From Truepera sp. (GTDB taxonomy: Bacteria > Deinococcota > Deinococci > Deinococcales > Trueperaceae), in the NCBI GenBank assembly GCA_965218435.1, contig CBDCKW010000005.1:608001-672000 (forward strand): a stretch of DNA of 64,000 nt, given 5' to 3'. The notes beneath the pieces are model-generated. The model did no database searches, was not told the origin of the DNA, and saw only the letters and a list, made by a program, of their open reading frames with translations. Positions 10,297 to 20,541 of this stretch are shown here, piece after piece (within the stretch, counting starts at the first letter, position 1; every line of letters begins with the position of its first letter). The position numbers were made by a program, and so were the translations under genes.

Positions 10297-11799
10297 ATGT
10301 CTGAACTTCTGCTAGGTATCGACGTCGGCACCACGAACGTCAAGGCGGTGCTAACGACGCCCACAGGGCGAGTTATCGCTCAGGCACAGAACGCCTATCC
10401 TACCCAGCACCCACGCCCCGGTTGGGCCGAGCAGAACCCACAAGCTTGGTGGAAGGGGCTCGTCGGAGCGGTCCGCGAGGTGCTAGCGACGTCGGCCGCG
10501 CGCCCTGAAAGGGTTACCGGCATCGGCGTAAGCGGTCAGGGGTGCGCGGTGACTCTGATCGACCAAAACGGCGAGGTCTTAAGACCCGCCATCATCTGGA
10601 TGGATAGCCGCGCCGAAAGGCAGTGTGAAACTCTGCGGGCATGTTATGCCGAAAAAATCTTGCGACGTAACGGAAAAAGCCCCGCTCCCTATAACGCCGA
10701 TCCCGTGCTCATGTGGTTGCGAAAGCACGAGCCGGAAATTCTAGACCGAGCAGCTTGCAGCCTTACCACAACTGGCTATATCAACTTCCGGCTGACGGGC
10801 GAGCCCGTGCTAAATGTCTCGGATGCCAGCATCCTCTTTGCCTTTGATCTCGAAACCGGAAACTGGTCCAACGACCTCATCGAGGCGTTCGGCCTTCCAA
10901 AACACTTGTACCCACCTGTAGCCCAAAGTCGAGAGGTGATCGGGCAACTCAGTGACAAGGTTGCTGCAGAGTTAGGACTTCGTCCTGGTACCAAGGTCGT
11001 GGCAGGGGGTGAGGACACCTCTTCGGCGGGGCTAGCGGTTGGCGTGATACGTCCAGGACAGGTGCTGCTGTCACTTGGCACCGCCGGAACCCTCTATGCG
11101 GTTCAAGATCGCATGACCGTCCACCCAGACCTTCTTACCTTTTTGCATGTACTAGAGGGTCAGTTTCTGATGGGCGGCTCGGTAGCGGCAGTGGGGGCGG
11201 CACTAGCTTGGTGCTGCAACGCTTTTGGGGGCGGGCTCGAGCCCACCGCGCTCCTCAAGCTAGCTACAGAAAGTGAGGCTGGAGCGGGTGGCCTCGTCTT
11301 CTTGCCCTACCTTAGCGGCGAACTTCAGCCTATCAATGACGGCCACGCGCGCGGTGTTTTTGTGGGAATTTCTCCCTCTACCGAAACGAAGCAAGTGGTG
11401 CGGGCGGTGCTCGAGGGCACCGCCTTCGCGCTAGCACATAACCTAAGGGTGGCGACCCAGGCTGGAGCGTCGGCAATTGAGCTGCGCGCCGTCGGCGGTC
11501 CCACCCGCAGCTCGCTCTGGTGCCAGATCATAGCCGACGTAGCCAACAAGCCTTTAAACGTGCTTGGCGACAATCCGGGCGCACCTTTAGGTAACGCGCT
11601 GCTCGCCGCCGAGGGTGTGGGGCTTATCGACCATGCCGGACGTGTGGCGGAGGGGGCAGCTATGGTATCGCGCACCTTTGAACCGCGCGCCGAACTACGC
11701 GAGCGTTACGACGGGCTTTTCGAAATATACAAGAATCTTTACCCCAGCCTAAAAGGCACCTTCGCCGACCTCGCGGCGCTTTCGGGAGGGGACCGATGA
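10297..11799 (+). CDS. FGGY-family carbohydrate kinase (xylulokinase-like)
   Basis: LLGIDVGTTNVKA, PAIIWMDSRA, FLPYLSGE, VGGPTRSSLWCQIIAD. Confidence 0.9.
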   Translation: MSELLLGIDVGTTNVKAVLTTPTGRVIAQAQNAYPTQHPRPGWAEQNPQAWWKGLVGAVREVLATSAARPERVTGIGVSGQGCAVTLIDQNGEVLRPAIIWMDSRAERQCETLRACYAEKILRRNGKSPAPYNADPVLMWLRKHEPEILDRAACSLTTTGYINFRLTGEPVLNVSDASILFAFDLETGNWSNDLIEAFGLPKHLYPPVAQSREVIGQLSDKVAAELGLRPGTKVVAGGEDTSSAGLAVGVIRPGQVLLSLGTAGTLYAVQDRMTVHPDLLTFLHVLEGQFLMGGSVAAVGAALAWCCNAFGGGLEPTALLKLATESEAGAGGLVFLPYLSGELQPINDGHARGVFVGISPSTETKQVVRAVLEGTAFALAHNLRVATQAGASAIELRAVGGPTRSSLWCQIIADVANKPLNVLGDNPGAPLGNALLAAEGVGLIDHAGRVAEGAAMVSRTFEPRAELRERYDGLFEIYKNLYPSLKGTFADLAALSGGDR

Positions 11800-12563
11800 G
11801 GCTTAAAAACAAAATCGCCCTGATTACCGGCGCAGGGCGGGGTATCGGGCGCGCTTGTGCGGAGGCGTTTGCTTGCGAGGGTGCACAGGTAGTGATTGCT
11901 GAGCTCGAGCCCGGTCTTGGTCAGGAGGTGACGCGCAGCATCCGTGAGGCGGGGGGTGAGGCGTGCTTTATCAAGGTAGATGTAGCTGTGCCCGAAGAGG
12001 TTGAGGCGGTGGTCCGTGAAACCGTTGAAATGTATGGAGGGCTCGACGTGCTCGTCAGTAACGCGGGCATCGGCGGGCGGCGTCTGGGCGACGGGCCAGT
12101 TCATGAATGCACTGTCGAAGCCTGGGACCGCGTGCTCGAGGTGAATTTACGCGGCACCTTTTTAAGTTGCAAATACGCGCTTCCTGAACTGCTCAAACGG
12201 CGGGGCAACATCGTTACCCTCTCGAGCGTGCTGGGTCTGGTCGGCACCCAAGGGCTCTACGATACCCACGCCTACGCCACGAGCAAGGCGGGCATCATCG
12301 GGCTGACGCGGGCGATGGCCGCGCACTACGCCAGAGAAGGCGTCCGCGCGAACGTCATTGCGCCGGGGCTTATCGACACGGCGATGGCAGGGCGAACAAA
12401 AGATGAGGCGGAGCGTCTCGAGCAGGTCGCCTTCTGGCAGCCTTTAGGGCCTTTGGGAGAAGTGGATGATGTAGCAGAGACAGCCGTGTTTCTCGCCAGT
12501 AATGAGGCTAAATTCATTACCGGGGCCGTCATCCCCGTTGACGGCGGCTGGACCGCGCAGTGA
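11796..12563 (+). CDS. SDR oxidoreductase (module copy 1)
   Basis: TGAGRGIG, NAG, YATSK. Shares GDGPVHE and THAYA with the SDR at 36654. Confidence 0.9.
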   Translation: MRLKNKIALITGAGRGIGRACAEAFACEGAQVVIAELEPGLGQEVTRSIREAGGEACFIKVDVAVPEEVEAVVRETVEMYGGLDVLVSNAGIGGRRLGDGPVHECTVEAWDRVLEVNLRGTFLSCKYALPELLKRRGNIVTLSSVLGLVGTQGLYDTHAYATSKAGIIGLTRAMAAHYAREGVRANVIAPGLIDTAMAGRTKDEAERLEQVAFWQPLGPLGEVDDVAETAVFLASNEAKFITGAVIPVDGGWTAQ

Positions 12564-12610
12564 TAGTTAGAAACGGGACAAGCGAGCGTAAAGCTGAGAA
12601 AGAGGGGAAG

Positions 12611-13948
12611 ATGGACGTATACACAAAAGAATTACCACTACTCTGGGACGCGGACGTCATTGTCGTGGGCTCGGGCTCAGCTGGGTCCGCGGCTGCTATC
12701 GCCGCGGCGCGTAACGGTGCCGATACGGTGCTGGTTGAACGCTTCGGCTTCCTGGGTGGGACCAGCACGCAGGTTTTGGACACCTTTTACGGCTTTTACA
12801 CCCCCGGCTCAGTGGCCTACAAGGTTGTGGGCGGCGTGCCCGACGACGTGGTGGGGGCGCTCAAAAAGCATAACGCCGCTTTCGAGCGGCCCAACACCTA
12901 CGGCGCGGGCACCGGCGTCACCTACGACCCCCTCATCCTCAAGGTGGTCTGGGAGAGGCTCGCGCAAGAGGCCGGGGTGCGGCTCCTCTACCACTCCTTT
13001 TGCACCGACGTGCTGGTGGAGGACGGCGCGATAACGGGCGTGATCGTGGACGGCAAGCGCGGGCTGATGAAGCTCACGGCGAGGGTCGTCATCGACTGTA
13101 CCGGCGACGCGGATGTGTGTGACCGGGCGGGAGCGCCCTTCGAGCGCGCGGGCGATATTGACCCGGCACAAACGCTGAGCACGACCTTCAGGATGATTAA
13201 CGTAGACATTGACGCGGCGCAAGCCTTTGGTAAAAAGTCGATGTGGGCCAAGATGGAGGAGGCGATGATAAGCGGCAACTACCGGTTGCCGCGCAAAGAA
13301 GGAAGTTGGCACATCACCACGCAGGCCGGGGTGGTCCACACCATCATGACGCGTGTGGCCGAGGTGGACGCCACCGACCCGGTTGAGCTGACGCGGGCCG
13401 AAATCACCGGGCGAGAACAGGCACTAGAGTATGCGCGCTTCCTCAAGGACTACGTGCCGGGCTATGAAGACGCCGCGCTCTCCTGGCTCTCGGACCCCAT
13501 CGGCGTGCGCGAGACGCGGCGGGTTTATGGGCGTTACCGCCTGACGCGCGAGGACTGTTTGGAGGCGCGCAAGTTTGACGACGCCATCGGCGCGTGCGGC
13601 GCGCCCATCGAGGACCACCATTCCGGCTCGGATACGAACTGGCACTACCTACCCGACGGCTTGACCTACGACATCCCCTACCGGACGCTCCTTCCTAAAA
13701 AAGTCGAAGGGCTCTTGGTCGCGGGCCGCTGCTTTAGCGCCACCCACGACGCCCACGCCTCGTGCCGCTCGATGGCGCAGACGATGACGATGGGGCAGGC
13801 CGCGGGCACGGCGGCGGCTTTGGCGGTCAAGAGTGACGTGAGGCCCGCTGAGGTGGACGTTCCCAAACTTCAGGAGCGGCTGCTCGAGATAGGTGCCAAG
13901 TTCGGCGAGATTGAGGTTGACGCGCCTCTGGTACTGGAAGAGGCCTAA
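12611..13948 (+). CDS. FAD-dependent oxidoreductase (FAD_oxidored/PF12831-like, module copy 1)
   Basis: VVGSGSAGSAAAIAAAR, DCTGDAD, GVRETRR, YDIPYRTLLP..LVAGRCFSA, MGQAAGTAAALA. Start ATG 12611 after GAGGGG. Confidence 0.88.
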   Translation: MDVYTKELPLLWDADVIVVGSGSAGSAAAIAAARNGADTVLVERFGFLGGTSTQVLDTFYGFYTPGSVAYKVVGGVPDDVVGALKKHNAAFERPNTYGAGTGVTYDPLILKVVWERLAQEAGVRLLYHSFCTDVLVEDGAITGVIVDGKRGLMKLTARVVIDCTGDADVCDRAGAPFERAGDIDPAQTLSTTFRMINVDIDAAQAFGKKSMWAKMEEAMISGNYRLPRKEGSWHITTQAGVVHTIMTRVAEVDATDPVELTRAEITGREQALEYARFLKDYVPGYEDAALSWLSDPIGVRETRRVYGRYRLTREDCLEARKFDDAIGACGAPIEDHHSGSDTNWHYLPDGLTYDIPYRTLLPKKVEGLLVAGRCFSATHDAHASCRSMAQTMTMGQAAGTAAALAVKSDVRPAEVDVPKLQERLLEIGAKFGEIEVDAPLVLEEA

Positions 13949-13950
13949 AG

Positions 13951-14949
13951 GTGCCTGTAGAGACGACGCTGGGGGCGCTCGAGCCCCACACTTTAGGTGT
14001 CATCAACGCGCACGAGCACCTCATCATCGACGGCGGCTACACCGTGCTCAAGGAGCCCGACTTTCGGCTCGACAGCGTGCCCAAGGCGGTAGAAGAACTC
14101 ATCCGTTGGCGCGACGCGGGGGGCGGGGCGATTGTAGACACTATGCCCTTCGGGAGCGGGCGCAACGTTCGCAAGCTTATCCAGATAAGCCAGGCGACGG
14201 GCGTGCCCATCGTGGTGCCCACGGGCTTCCAGAAAAGTTCTTACTACCTGCCCGACCACTGGCAGCACCGCTACGACGAGGAGGCGATTGCCGAGCTTTT
14301 GATTGCCGAATGTCGAGACGGGGTAGACGAAAACAACTATGACGGCCCGGTGGTGACGCGGAGCCCCGTCAAAACTGGCCTCATTAAAGTTGCGGGAGAT
14401 TACCAGTTCGTCAGCGAGACCACCCGCAAACTCATCCGCGCCGCCGGGCGCGCACACGGGGCGACGGGGGTACCCATCCTCGTCCATACCGAAATGGGCA
14501 CGGCGGGGCATGAGCTTCTTGACTTACTTGAGGCCGCGGGCGTCCCCCCACAACGCGTCATGCTCTGCCACGTAGACCGCAACCCGGACCTTAAAGTTCA
14601 CAAGGAACTGGCTGAACGAGGCGCGTTTTTGGAGTACGACACACCTGGCCGCATCAAATATCAACCTGAAACGGTTGTGATAAACCTTATGCGCGACATG
14701 TTCGAGGCGGGTTACGGCGGCAACCTGCTCCTTGGTGGCGATATGGCGCGGCGCTCCTACTGGACGGCCTACGGCGGAGGGCCGGGACTCGAGTACCTGC
14801 TTACCACCTTTACCCCCCGGCTGCGGGCGGAAGGGTTTTCAGAAGAAAAACTCACCCTTGTGTGGCGTGACAACCCGGCGCGCTGGCTTACCGGCTCCGC
14901 TGCCGGGAACGCGTCCGAAAGAAAGCTGCAAGAGAAAGCGGTGCGTTGA
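13951..14949 (+). CDS. Phosphotriesterase (PTE/PHP)-family amidohydrolase, likely lactonase (module copy 1)
   Basis: HEH metal motif, GLIK (carbamylated Lys position), VHTE, CHVDR, GGD. Confidence 0.88.
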   Translation: MPVETTLGALEPHTLGVINAHEHLIIDGGYTVLKEPDFRLDSVPKAVEELIRWRDAGGGAIVDTMPFGSGRNVRKLIQISQATGVPIVVPTGFQKSSYYLPDHWQHRYDEEAIAELLIAECRDGVDENNYDGPVVTRSPVKTGLIKVAGDYQFVSETTRKLIRAAGRAHGATGVPILVHTEMGTAGHELLDLLEAAGVPPQRVMLCHVDRNPDLKVHKELAERGAFLEYDTPGRIKYQPETVVINLMRDMFEAGYGGNLLLGGDMARRSYWTAYGGGPGLEYLLTTFTPRLRAEGFSEEKLTLVWRDNPARWLTGSAAGNASERKLQEKAVR

Positions 14950-14986
14950 GCGTGCTCGAGCCTCCCCAATCAGCAAAGGATTACCA

Positions 14987-15799
14987 ATGGACTTGACCTT
15001 CCCCCACCACCTCGACCGCATCAAAGAAGGCGTACTTGCCCAAAAGGAAACGCTTCAAAAGGTCGCCGCCGCTTTTGCCGACGCTATTGAAGACGGCGGT
15101 TTAGTCCACGTCTACGCCAACGGCCACTCGCGCGTGGCGGTTGAGGAGTGGGTGGTACGGATGGGCGCGCTTACCGGCTTTCACCCTATCCTTACTTCGG
15201 GTCTTGTAACTTTTACTGATGTAGTGGGGCCCAACGGCATACGTCTTAACCAAACGGTCGAGAAGGTTGAAGGTTTGGGGGCTAAGCTACTAGACGAGTT
15301 TGACGTAGGTCCCCGCGACGCCTTTGTGGCGGTGTCGGCCACGGGCACGACCGTGGCAGCGGTAGACGTCGCGTTAGAGTTCAACCGCCGCTACCCTGAG
15401 CATCCTCTTGTCGCCGTCACCTCAGAGATTCAGGCTAGGGACGCTCCACCCAAACACAGCTCCGGCAAAAATCTCTACCACGTCGTCCGCGAGGCCAAGC
15501 GCGGCTTCTTGCTCGATAACTGTATGCCGCTGGGCGACGTGTCGGTCACGGTTGAAGGTCAGGAGGCAACGTATCAGGTTTGCCCTTTATCTAACATCGG
15601 CGCGCTGACGCTCGTGCAGTCATTAAACGAACTCACGCTACGCGAGCTTGACCGGCGCGGGGTAAAGCATCACGTGCTACAAAACATGCACCTGCACGAT
15701 ACCGAGGATACTTATGACACTTGGCTACGCGACCAGCGCAAGAGATACTCGAGGGCACTTCATTATCCTCAGCGGGTAATGCCAAAAGGTAAGGAGTAA
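14987..15799 (+). CDS. SIS-domain sugar isomerase-like protein (UPF0309-like, module copy 1)
   Basis: GGLVHVYANGHSR, GFHPI, SATG, DNC..GD. Start ATG 14987 after AAAGGA. Confidence 0.8.
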   Translation: MDLTFPHHLDRIKEGVLAQKETLQKVAAAFADAIEDGGLVHVYANGHSRVAVEEWVVRMGALTGFHPILTSGLVTFTDVVGPNGIRLNQTVEKVEGLGAKLLDEFDVGPRDAFVAVSATGTTVAAVDVALEFNRRYPEHPLVAVTSEIQARDAPPKHSSGKNLYHVVREAKRGFLLDNCMPLGDVSVTVEGQEATYQVCPLSNIGALTLVQSLNELTLRELDRRGVKHHVLQNMHLHDTEDTYDTWLRDQRKRYSRALHYPQRVMPKGKE

Positions 15800-15825
15800 C
15801 TGTCCGAGCTTGAGTTTTCGGCTTT

Positions 15826-16623
15826 TCAGCTCACCACAAGCTCAACCTTTTTTAAGCTGAGTGCCTTGGCTAAATTTGGCATGGGAGGTTTGTCTGTCAC
15901 AATAACATCAATGTCCTCGAGCCGCGCTAGATAAGCGAAACTCACCTTCTCAAACTTGCTGCTGTCTAAGACGATAATAACGACGCTCGAGTGTTCGATC
16001 ATAAGTTCTAAGGTAACGGCGTTGAGCTGATTGTTGACAGTCAGCCCTTCCTTTTCTGAAAGGCCACTGACACCGATTACAGCAACGTCGAAAAAATAAG
16101 TCCGCAGCGCCCGTTCGGTAACAGGTCCGACCAGTGTAAAGTAATCTCCGTGAACATCCCCTCCAGTACAGGTCACCTGCATACGCGGCACTTGAGCAAG
16201 TTGCTGAGCGATATCGAGGGCGTTCGTTACAATGCTGTAGGAGCGGTTAAAGCTTTGTAACGCCTTGGCCACCTGAAAAGTTGTCGTGCCAGCACCGAGC
16301 ACGACTTGTTTGTAAGGCTCAAGTAAGCGCGCAGCGGCCACACCTATCGCTTGCTTTGCTCGAAAGGTGTATTCGTCACTTTTTAGCTGCTCCGGCGGTA
16401 AAAAAAATTCTCTATTTGGCGAATCGCTTAGTCGTACCCCCCCATGGTAACGCTCAATCACCCCAGCCTCTTCCAGCATTTTTAGGTCACGGCGTACCGT
16501 CCACTCAGATATCCTGAGCAGCGTAACTAAGTCGGTTATTGACAGCTCGTGACGGCGGTGGAGCAGGCGCACAAGGGTTTCTTGACGACTTAAGCTACGC
16601 GAGTTCGGCACAGTTGGTCTCAC
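15826..16623 (-). CDS. DeoR/GlpR family transcriptional regulator
   Basis: ISEWTVRRDL HTH, YHGG, GAGTTT, VTNAL, DSSKF. Confidence 0.92.
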   Translation of the reverse strand: MRPTVPNSRSLSRQETLVRLLHRRHELSITDLVTLLRISEWTVRRDLKMLEEAGVIERYHGGVRLSDSPNREFFLPPEQLKSDEYTFRAKQAIGVAAARLLEPYKQVVLGAGTTTFQVAKALQSFNRSYSIVTNALDIAQQLAQVPRMQVTCTGGDVHGDYFTLVGPVTERALRTYFFDVAVIGVSGLSEKEGLTVNNQLNAVTLELMIEHSSVVIIVLDSSKFEKVSFAYLARLEDIDVIVTDKPPMPNLAKALSLKKVELVVS

Positions 16624-16776
16624 ATCCTGATAAAGGTAGTGTTATAACTCCTCCGGGGTGTAGCTAGTCAATGTCTTTAAGTGCAAAACTCTTTACCTTT
16701 GCTACCCTGTTCACTTAAAGATTTGTAGGTCATCATAAGGCCCTGTAGAGGGAACCGTAAATTATTACGGACAAGC

Positions 16777-17835
16777 TTAAGGCTCGCCCCGCAACGTCGC
16801 TTGGACTTGTGCTCTTTCCGCTAGCGCCATACGCCACTGACCGATAGCCACAGCGACAATCAGCAGTAACCCCTTGGCAACCAGTTGATAAAAAGTGGGA
16901 ATGCCGAGCAAGTTCATACCGTTACTCATCGTTGCTAACAGTAAAACAGCGAGCATACTGCCTGCTACCGTTCCCTTACCCCCTGCTAGCAGCGCACCAC
17001 CAAGGAACACCGCCGTGATGGCCTCGAGCTCGAGCCCTTGCGTACCCGAGACAGGCTGACCCGAACTTGTTCGCGCAGTGACGATCACACCCGCAAGACC
17101 TGAGAGAGCCCCTGAAACAGAGTAGATATAGAGCTTCATTCGGTTTAAGTTGATGCCTACTAAACGGGCAGCTTCAGGATTGCCCCCCATCGAATAAAGT
17201 GACCGACCAAAAACCGTTGACTTCATAACAAAATGCGCAACAAGGGCGACGACGACTAAAATCACAAAAGCGATAGGAATACCTGGAAAAGACCCGACTT
17301 GGAACAGCCGCCCTGACCCTAGCCGAGCAAAGGTCGGATCCAAGACGCCGATAGGCCGACCTCCTGGCGCTATCAAAAAAGCTAGACCTTGAAAGGCTGA
17401 AAGTGTCGCTAACGTGGCGACTACCGGATTGACGCGCAGATACGTGATGATAAGTGCGTTTATAACCCCGAGCACTGCCCCTGCTAGGATTCCCAACGCC
17501 ACGCCGCCAAAGACGGTACCCACCACTGATACCATAAGGGCCGAAACAACTGACGCCACACCTGCAATGGAACCCACTGAAATATCGAGTCCCGCTGACA
17601 CGATAACCATCGTCATACCTACCGCGATAAGTCCCACGACGGCCATATTTTGACCAATATTTAAGAGGTTACGGGTACTAAAAAAAAAGGGCGTTTGACT
17701 GGCAATAAGAGTGACCAAGACAACTAAAGCGATAATAAGTGAGAGGTTCTCCGCACCCAAAAAGTCACTTAGCCGTTTCAAAAAATTAGGTTTGCGTTTG
17801 GCTTGAGAGGTAACCTCAGCTGAACCAGTTGACAT
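16777..17835 (-). CDS. Monosaccharide ABC transporter permease (RbsC/AraH-like)
   Basis: GLDISVGS, GGNPEAARLVGI, LELEAITAVFLGG. Confidence 0.92.
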   Translation of the reverse strand: MSTGSAEVTSQAKRKPNFLKRLSDFLGAENLSLIIALVVLVTLIASQTPFFFSTRNLLNIGQNMAVVGLIAVGMTMVIVSAGLDISVGSIAGVASVVSALMVSVVGTVFGGVALGILAGAVLGVINALIITYLRVNPVVATLATLSAFQGLAFLIAPGGRPIGVLDPTFARLGSGRLFQVGSFPGIPIAFVILVVVALVAHFVMKSTVFGRSLYSMGGNPEAARLVGINLNRMKLYIYSVSGALSGLAGVIVTARTSSGQPVSGTQGLELEAITAVFLGGALLAGGKGTVAGSMLAVLLLATMSNGMNLLGIPTFYQLVAKGLLLIVAVAIGQWRMALAERAQVQATLRGEP

Positions 17836-17878
17836 GGTAAGCGTCCTTTAAGAAATGAGCTGTAGCGTAGTCTTACGC

Positions 17879-19378
17879 TTAAGCTGCCTTTTGCTCGAGA
17901 GCGAGTGTAAGGATAAGTTCTTCGGTAGCAGCAGATTTTTCAATAGGTTCGGTAATAGTACCGTTTCTCATAACGATGATGCGGTCGGCCATACTGAGCA
18001 GTTCCGGCATTTCGGAAGAAATGAGCATAATGGCGATGCCACTTTTTGCTAAGTCGTCAATCAATCGGTAGATTTCGGCCTTGGCACCGACGTCTACGGC
18101 GCGCGTCGGCTCATCTAAAATCAGGACTTTAGGCTTAGCCGCGAGCCACCGTGCCAATACCACTTTTTGCTGATTACCACCGGAAAGTTTGCCAACGTCT
18201 TGCTCGAGCGAGGGTGTTTTGATGTCGAGATAGCGAATATAGGGTGAGACCTCGTCGACCATCTTCTGGGTGCGAAGAACCCCCACACGGCTGAGAGCGG
18301 AATAAACGGCCATCGAAGCGTTCTCAATAACGCTTCGTACCAAAATGAGCCCCTCTCTTTTCCGGTCTTCGGGTGCAAACCCGAGGTTGACTGCGATCGC
18401 CTCGGCGGGGGACGTGACGGCCACGAGTCTCCCCTCAACCCTGACGTCCCCAGAGCGTTTCGGCAACGCGCCGAAAAGAACCTTGGCTAACTCGGTTCTG
18501 CCTGCACCAACGAGACCCGCGAAACCAAGAATTTCACCCTTACGGATTTTGAAGCTGACGTCGTGGTGCCAGCGGCTATTTAGGTGAGTGACCTCGAGCG
18601 CAATTTCGTCGCGAGAAACCTCAGCACGTTGAACCCCCCCAGACAAATCACGCCCAACCATCATGTGGACAATCTCGCGGCTTTGGGTATCGCTCGTCGT
18701 TCGCACACCGACTAGCCGACCATCTCTTAAGATACAAATCCGATCCGAAACTGCCATAATCTCGTGCAAGCGGTGTGACACATACACTACGCCAAGACCC
18801 TGTGAGCGCAAAAGTGCGATCAGGGTGAATAGCCTTTTCGTTTCGTCTGCTGTCAAAGATGAGGTAGGTTCATCAAAGGCGATGACCTTGACGCCGTCTT
18901 TTAAAGCGCGGACGATCTCGACAATATGTTTCTGAGCAGGAGACAACGACGAGCCCAAAGCGTCCGGGGCGACGAAGCCTGAAAATCCGTAAGTGGCAAG
19001 TATCGCAGCTGTCTTTTTACGCATCGTCTCAAAATCTACTCGGTAGTTTTTGGTTGGATACTCGCCGACAAAAACATTTTCGGCTACAGATACGTGGGGC
19101 ACGATTTCGGGTTCCTGACGCACGAGCCGAAAACCCGCTTGGCGCGCCTCGAGCGGGCTGGCGCGGCTGATGTCGGTACCGTCTAGCATAATCGTGCCTT
19201 CATCGAGCCGGTAGTCGCCACTCAAAATCTTAAGGAGGGTCGATTTACCCGCACCATTTTCACCTACAAAAGCCATAACCTCACCGGCGCGCACCTCCAT
19301 AGCGAGGTCAGAAAGAGCTCTGATATTTGGAAAAGATTTGCTGACCCCTTTTATAGACAACAGCGTTCGGTTTAACAC
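17879..19378 (-). CDS. Monosaccharide ABC transporter ATP-binding protein (two NBDs, AraG-like)
   Basis: GENGAGKST, DEPT, LSGGNQQK. Confidence 0.93.
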   Translation of the reverse strand: MLNRTLLSIKGVSKSFPNIRALSDLAMEVRAGEVMAFVGENGAGKSTLLKILSGDYRLDEGTIMLDGTDISRASPLEARQAGFRLVRQEPEIVPHVSVAENVFVGEYPTKNYRVDFETMRKKTAAILATYGFSGFVAPDALGSSLSPAQKHIVEIVRALKDGVKVIAFDEPTSSLTADETKRLFTLIALLRSQGLGVVYVSHRLHEIMAVSDRICILRDGRLVGVRTTSDTQSREIVHMMVGRDLSGGVQRAEVSRDEIALEVTHLNSRWHHDVSFKIRKGEILGFAGLVGAGRTELAKVLFGALPKRSGDVRVEGRLVAVTSPAEAIAVNLGFAPEDRKREGLILVRSVIENASMAVYSALSRVGVLRTQKMVDEVSPYIRYLDIKTPSLEQDVGKLSGGNQQKVVLARWLAAKPKVLILDEPTRAVDVGAKAEIYRLIDDLAKSGIAIMLISSEMPELLSMADRIIVMRNGTITEPIEKSAATEELILTLALEQKAA

Positions 19379-19462
19379 AAGAACCTCGTTTTCAGTAACG
19401 CTCGTGGAGTGGGCAGGCTAACCGAATATACTTGCGGCTACCCACTCCTTTAAGGCTATTGT

Positions 19463-20446
19463 TTAGTCGCAGGTCATCACGTCAGCATAGTTTGAGGGAT
19501 CCACGATTGTGGTATTGGCAACAGTACTAGGTGGTAACGGTTTACCCGTCTCAATAGCGTTGATAAGCGCCCGTGCCGCTGCGTCGCCCACGTCTGTACC
19601 GCTGATGTAAAGTGCGGCCTTGAACCCTGTGGCGATGCCTGCTTTCCAGGGGCGGCACGCTTCGTAAGCGCCCAGTCCCACGGCAATAACGTCATCAGCT
19701 GTAAAACCTGCGTTGTTCAGCGCGTTTACTGTGCCTAAAACGCCTTCGTCGTTGCAACCAAAAACTACCCATTTGTTGACATCTGGATGGGCGGTAACAA
19801 CAGGTCCAGCAGCTTCTAGAGCAGCGTTGGTCGTTCCGTCATACGCAACCGCGTAGATGTTGTCGGGACTAGCACCCGCCTTGATGACCTGTTGTTTCTC
19901 CGCCTCAGTTCGGTCGTTACAAACAGAAAGTGTTTGAACCTCAGCGCTTAGAACACCGTAATTTTCGTTCTCGACCCAACCAGCTTCTGTAAGTAGTTCA
20001 CCGGCTTTGGTGCCTACTTTGGTGCCCATATCCGTCCCGTTAAAGCCAACGAAGGGAACCGGTTTGCCAGCACCGTCGACCAAAGGATCATCAGTGGCTA
20101 CTAACAGCACACTTGCGTCGGCAGTCGCTTTCGCAGCTGCCGGGCCGATCGCTTGATCCGGCGCTGTGAGGCCGATGCCTTTCGCACCTGCAGCGATGGC
20201 GTCGCTGATGGCGCTGATAGCAAGGTTGGCATCGAGTTCTACGTTGATAATTTGAGAAGTGTAACCGAGTTCTTTTGCTGCGGCTTGGAAACCTTGAGCT
20301 TGATCGATAAAATACTGTTGCGTCCCGCTTTTATAGATGGCAACGACCAGCTTTTCCTGAGCAAATGCCGCGCTAAACAAGTACAATGCGACGAGGCCGA
20401 CAACGACCAACCCGGACATACGAACCGCTCGAGCTACCTTCTGCAC
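19463..20446 (-). CDS. Monosaccharide ABC substrate-binding protein (arabinose/galactose-binding-like)
   Basis: Signal peptide ending AFAQ, periplasmic-binding-protein type I pattern, GCNDEGVLG. Confidence 0.8.
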   Translation of the reverse strand: MQKVARAVRMSGLVVVGLVALYLFSAAFAQEKLVVAIYKSGTQQYFIDQAQGFQAAAKELGYTSQIINVELDANLAISAISDAIAAGAKGIGLTAPDQAIGPAAAKATADASVLLVATDDPLVDGAGKPVPFVGFNGTDMGTKVGTKAGELLTEAGWVENENYGVLSAEVQTLSVCNDRTEAEKQQVIKAGASPDNIYAVAYDGTTNAALEAAGPVVTAHPDVNKWVVFGCNDEGVLGTVNALNNAGFTADDVIAVGLGAYEACRPWKAGIATGFKAALYISGTDVGDAAARALINAIETGKPLPPSTVANTTIVDPSNYADVMTCD

Positions 20447-20541
20447 AATCTCTACCTCCTGAATTTTTAACTTGCGGTCAGTTTAACAAAGGCAAACGTG
20501 CAGCACAAGGAGCTTCTTGCACGCCCTCAAGCAGCTGAGTT